This document shows, piece by piece, positions 63,847-64,000 of a stretch of 64,000 nt of DNA. The position numbers and the translations under genes are program-made. Under the pieces are notes generated by a model. The model saw nothing but the letters and a program-made list of their open reading frames with translations, had not been told where the DNA came from and ran no database searches. Numbering within the stretch: position 1 is the first letter of the stretch; each line of letters starts with the position of its first letter. Origin of the DNA: Polyangiales bacterium (GTDB lineage Bacteria > Myxococcota_A > Polyangia > Polyangiales > JADJQN01); NCBI GenBank assembly GCA_964202905.1, contig CAXNJO010000001.1, forward strand, positions 128,001 to 192,000, given 5' to 3'.

Positions 63847-64000
63847 CCCGCCGGATCCCGTTCGCCGCCACGTTCGCGCTCCTCGCGCTGCTCCTCGTCG
63901 CGCCGCGCGCGTCCGCGCAGACCGCCGCCCACCGCGCGGTCGGTGCGGGGGAGGTGCGCGGGCTCGAGCTCGGCCTCGAGGGCGCGCTGCACGCGACGCG
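63843..64000 (+). CDS. Start of a secreted protein (truncated by window edge)
   Basis: ATGA overlap with the upstream stop; MTRRIPFAATFALLALLLVAPRASAQ signal peptide. Confidence 0.65.
   Translation, partial: MTRRIPFAATFALLALLLVAPRASAQTAAHRAVGAGEVRGLELGLEGALHAT

Overview
64 kb of very GC-rich bacterial chromosome. It is inferred to be from a myxobacterium (Myxococcota, probably Polyangia/Sandaracinaceae-like) because of MYXO-CTERM-type proteins, Cys-rich vWA lipoproteins, PEGA/TPR proteins, Ser/Thr kinases and orphan sigma-54 regulators. It holds about 43 CDS and one tRNA-Met(CAT). Identifiable blocks: tolQR(A)B without an adjacent pal, hemH, B12/PLP lysine-degradation genes (kamD ... kamE-kal-kce), two back-to-back type II toxin-antitoxin pairs, several giant secreted or surface proteins, and an alpha-2-macroglobulin-like gene. 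No integrase, transposase, CRISPR or rRNA was seen. Five genes carry single-base frameshifts, most likely long-read assembly indels. Most notable observations: (i) a ParE/Phd TA module enclosed between the 3' end of a PLP decarboxylase and a second, codon-wise diverged copy of that gene end; (ii) a TraAB-like OmpA plus giant Cys-rich MYXO-CTERM pair separating kamD from kamE; (iii) a -10-like TAnnnn hexamer 6-8 nt before the start codon of at least 12 genes, suggesting widespread leaderless mRNAs; (iv) an (AG)7 repeat at the RBS of an orphan DNA methyltransferase; (v) an A2M-like protein with no thioester motif and an embedded GspG-like motif. All protein calls come from motifs recognised by eye, not from database searches.
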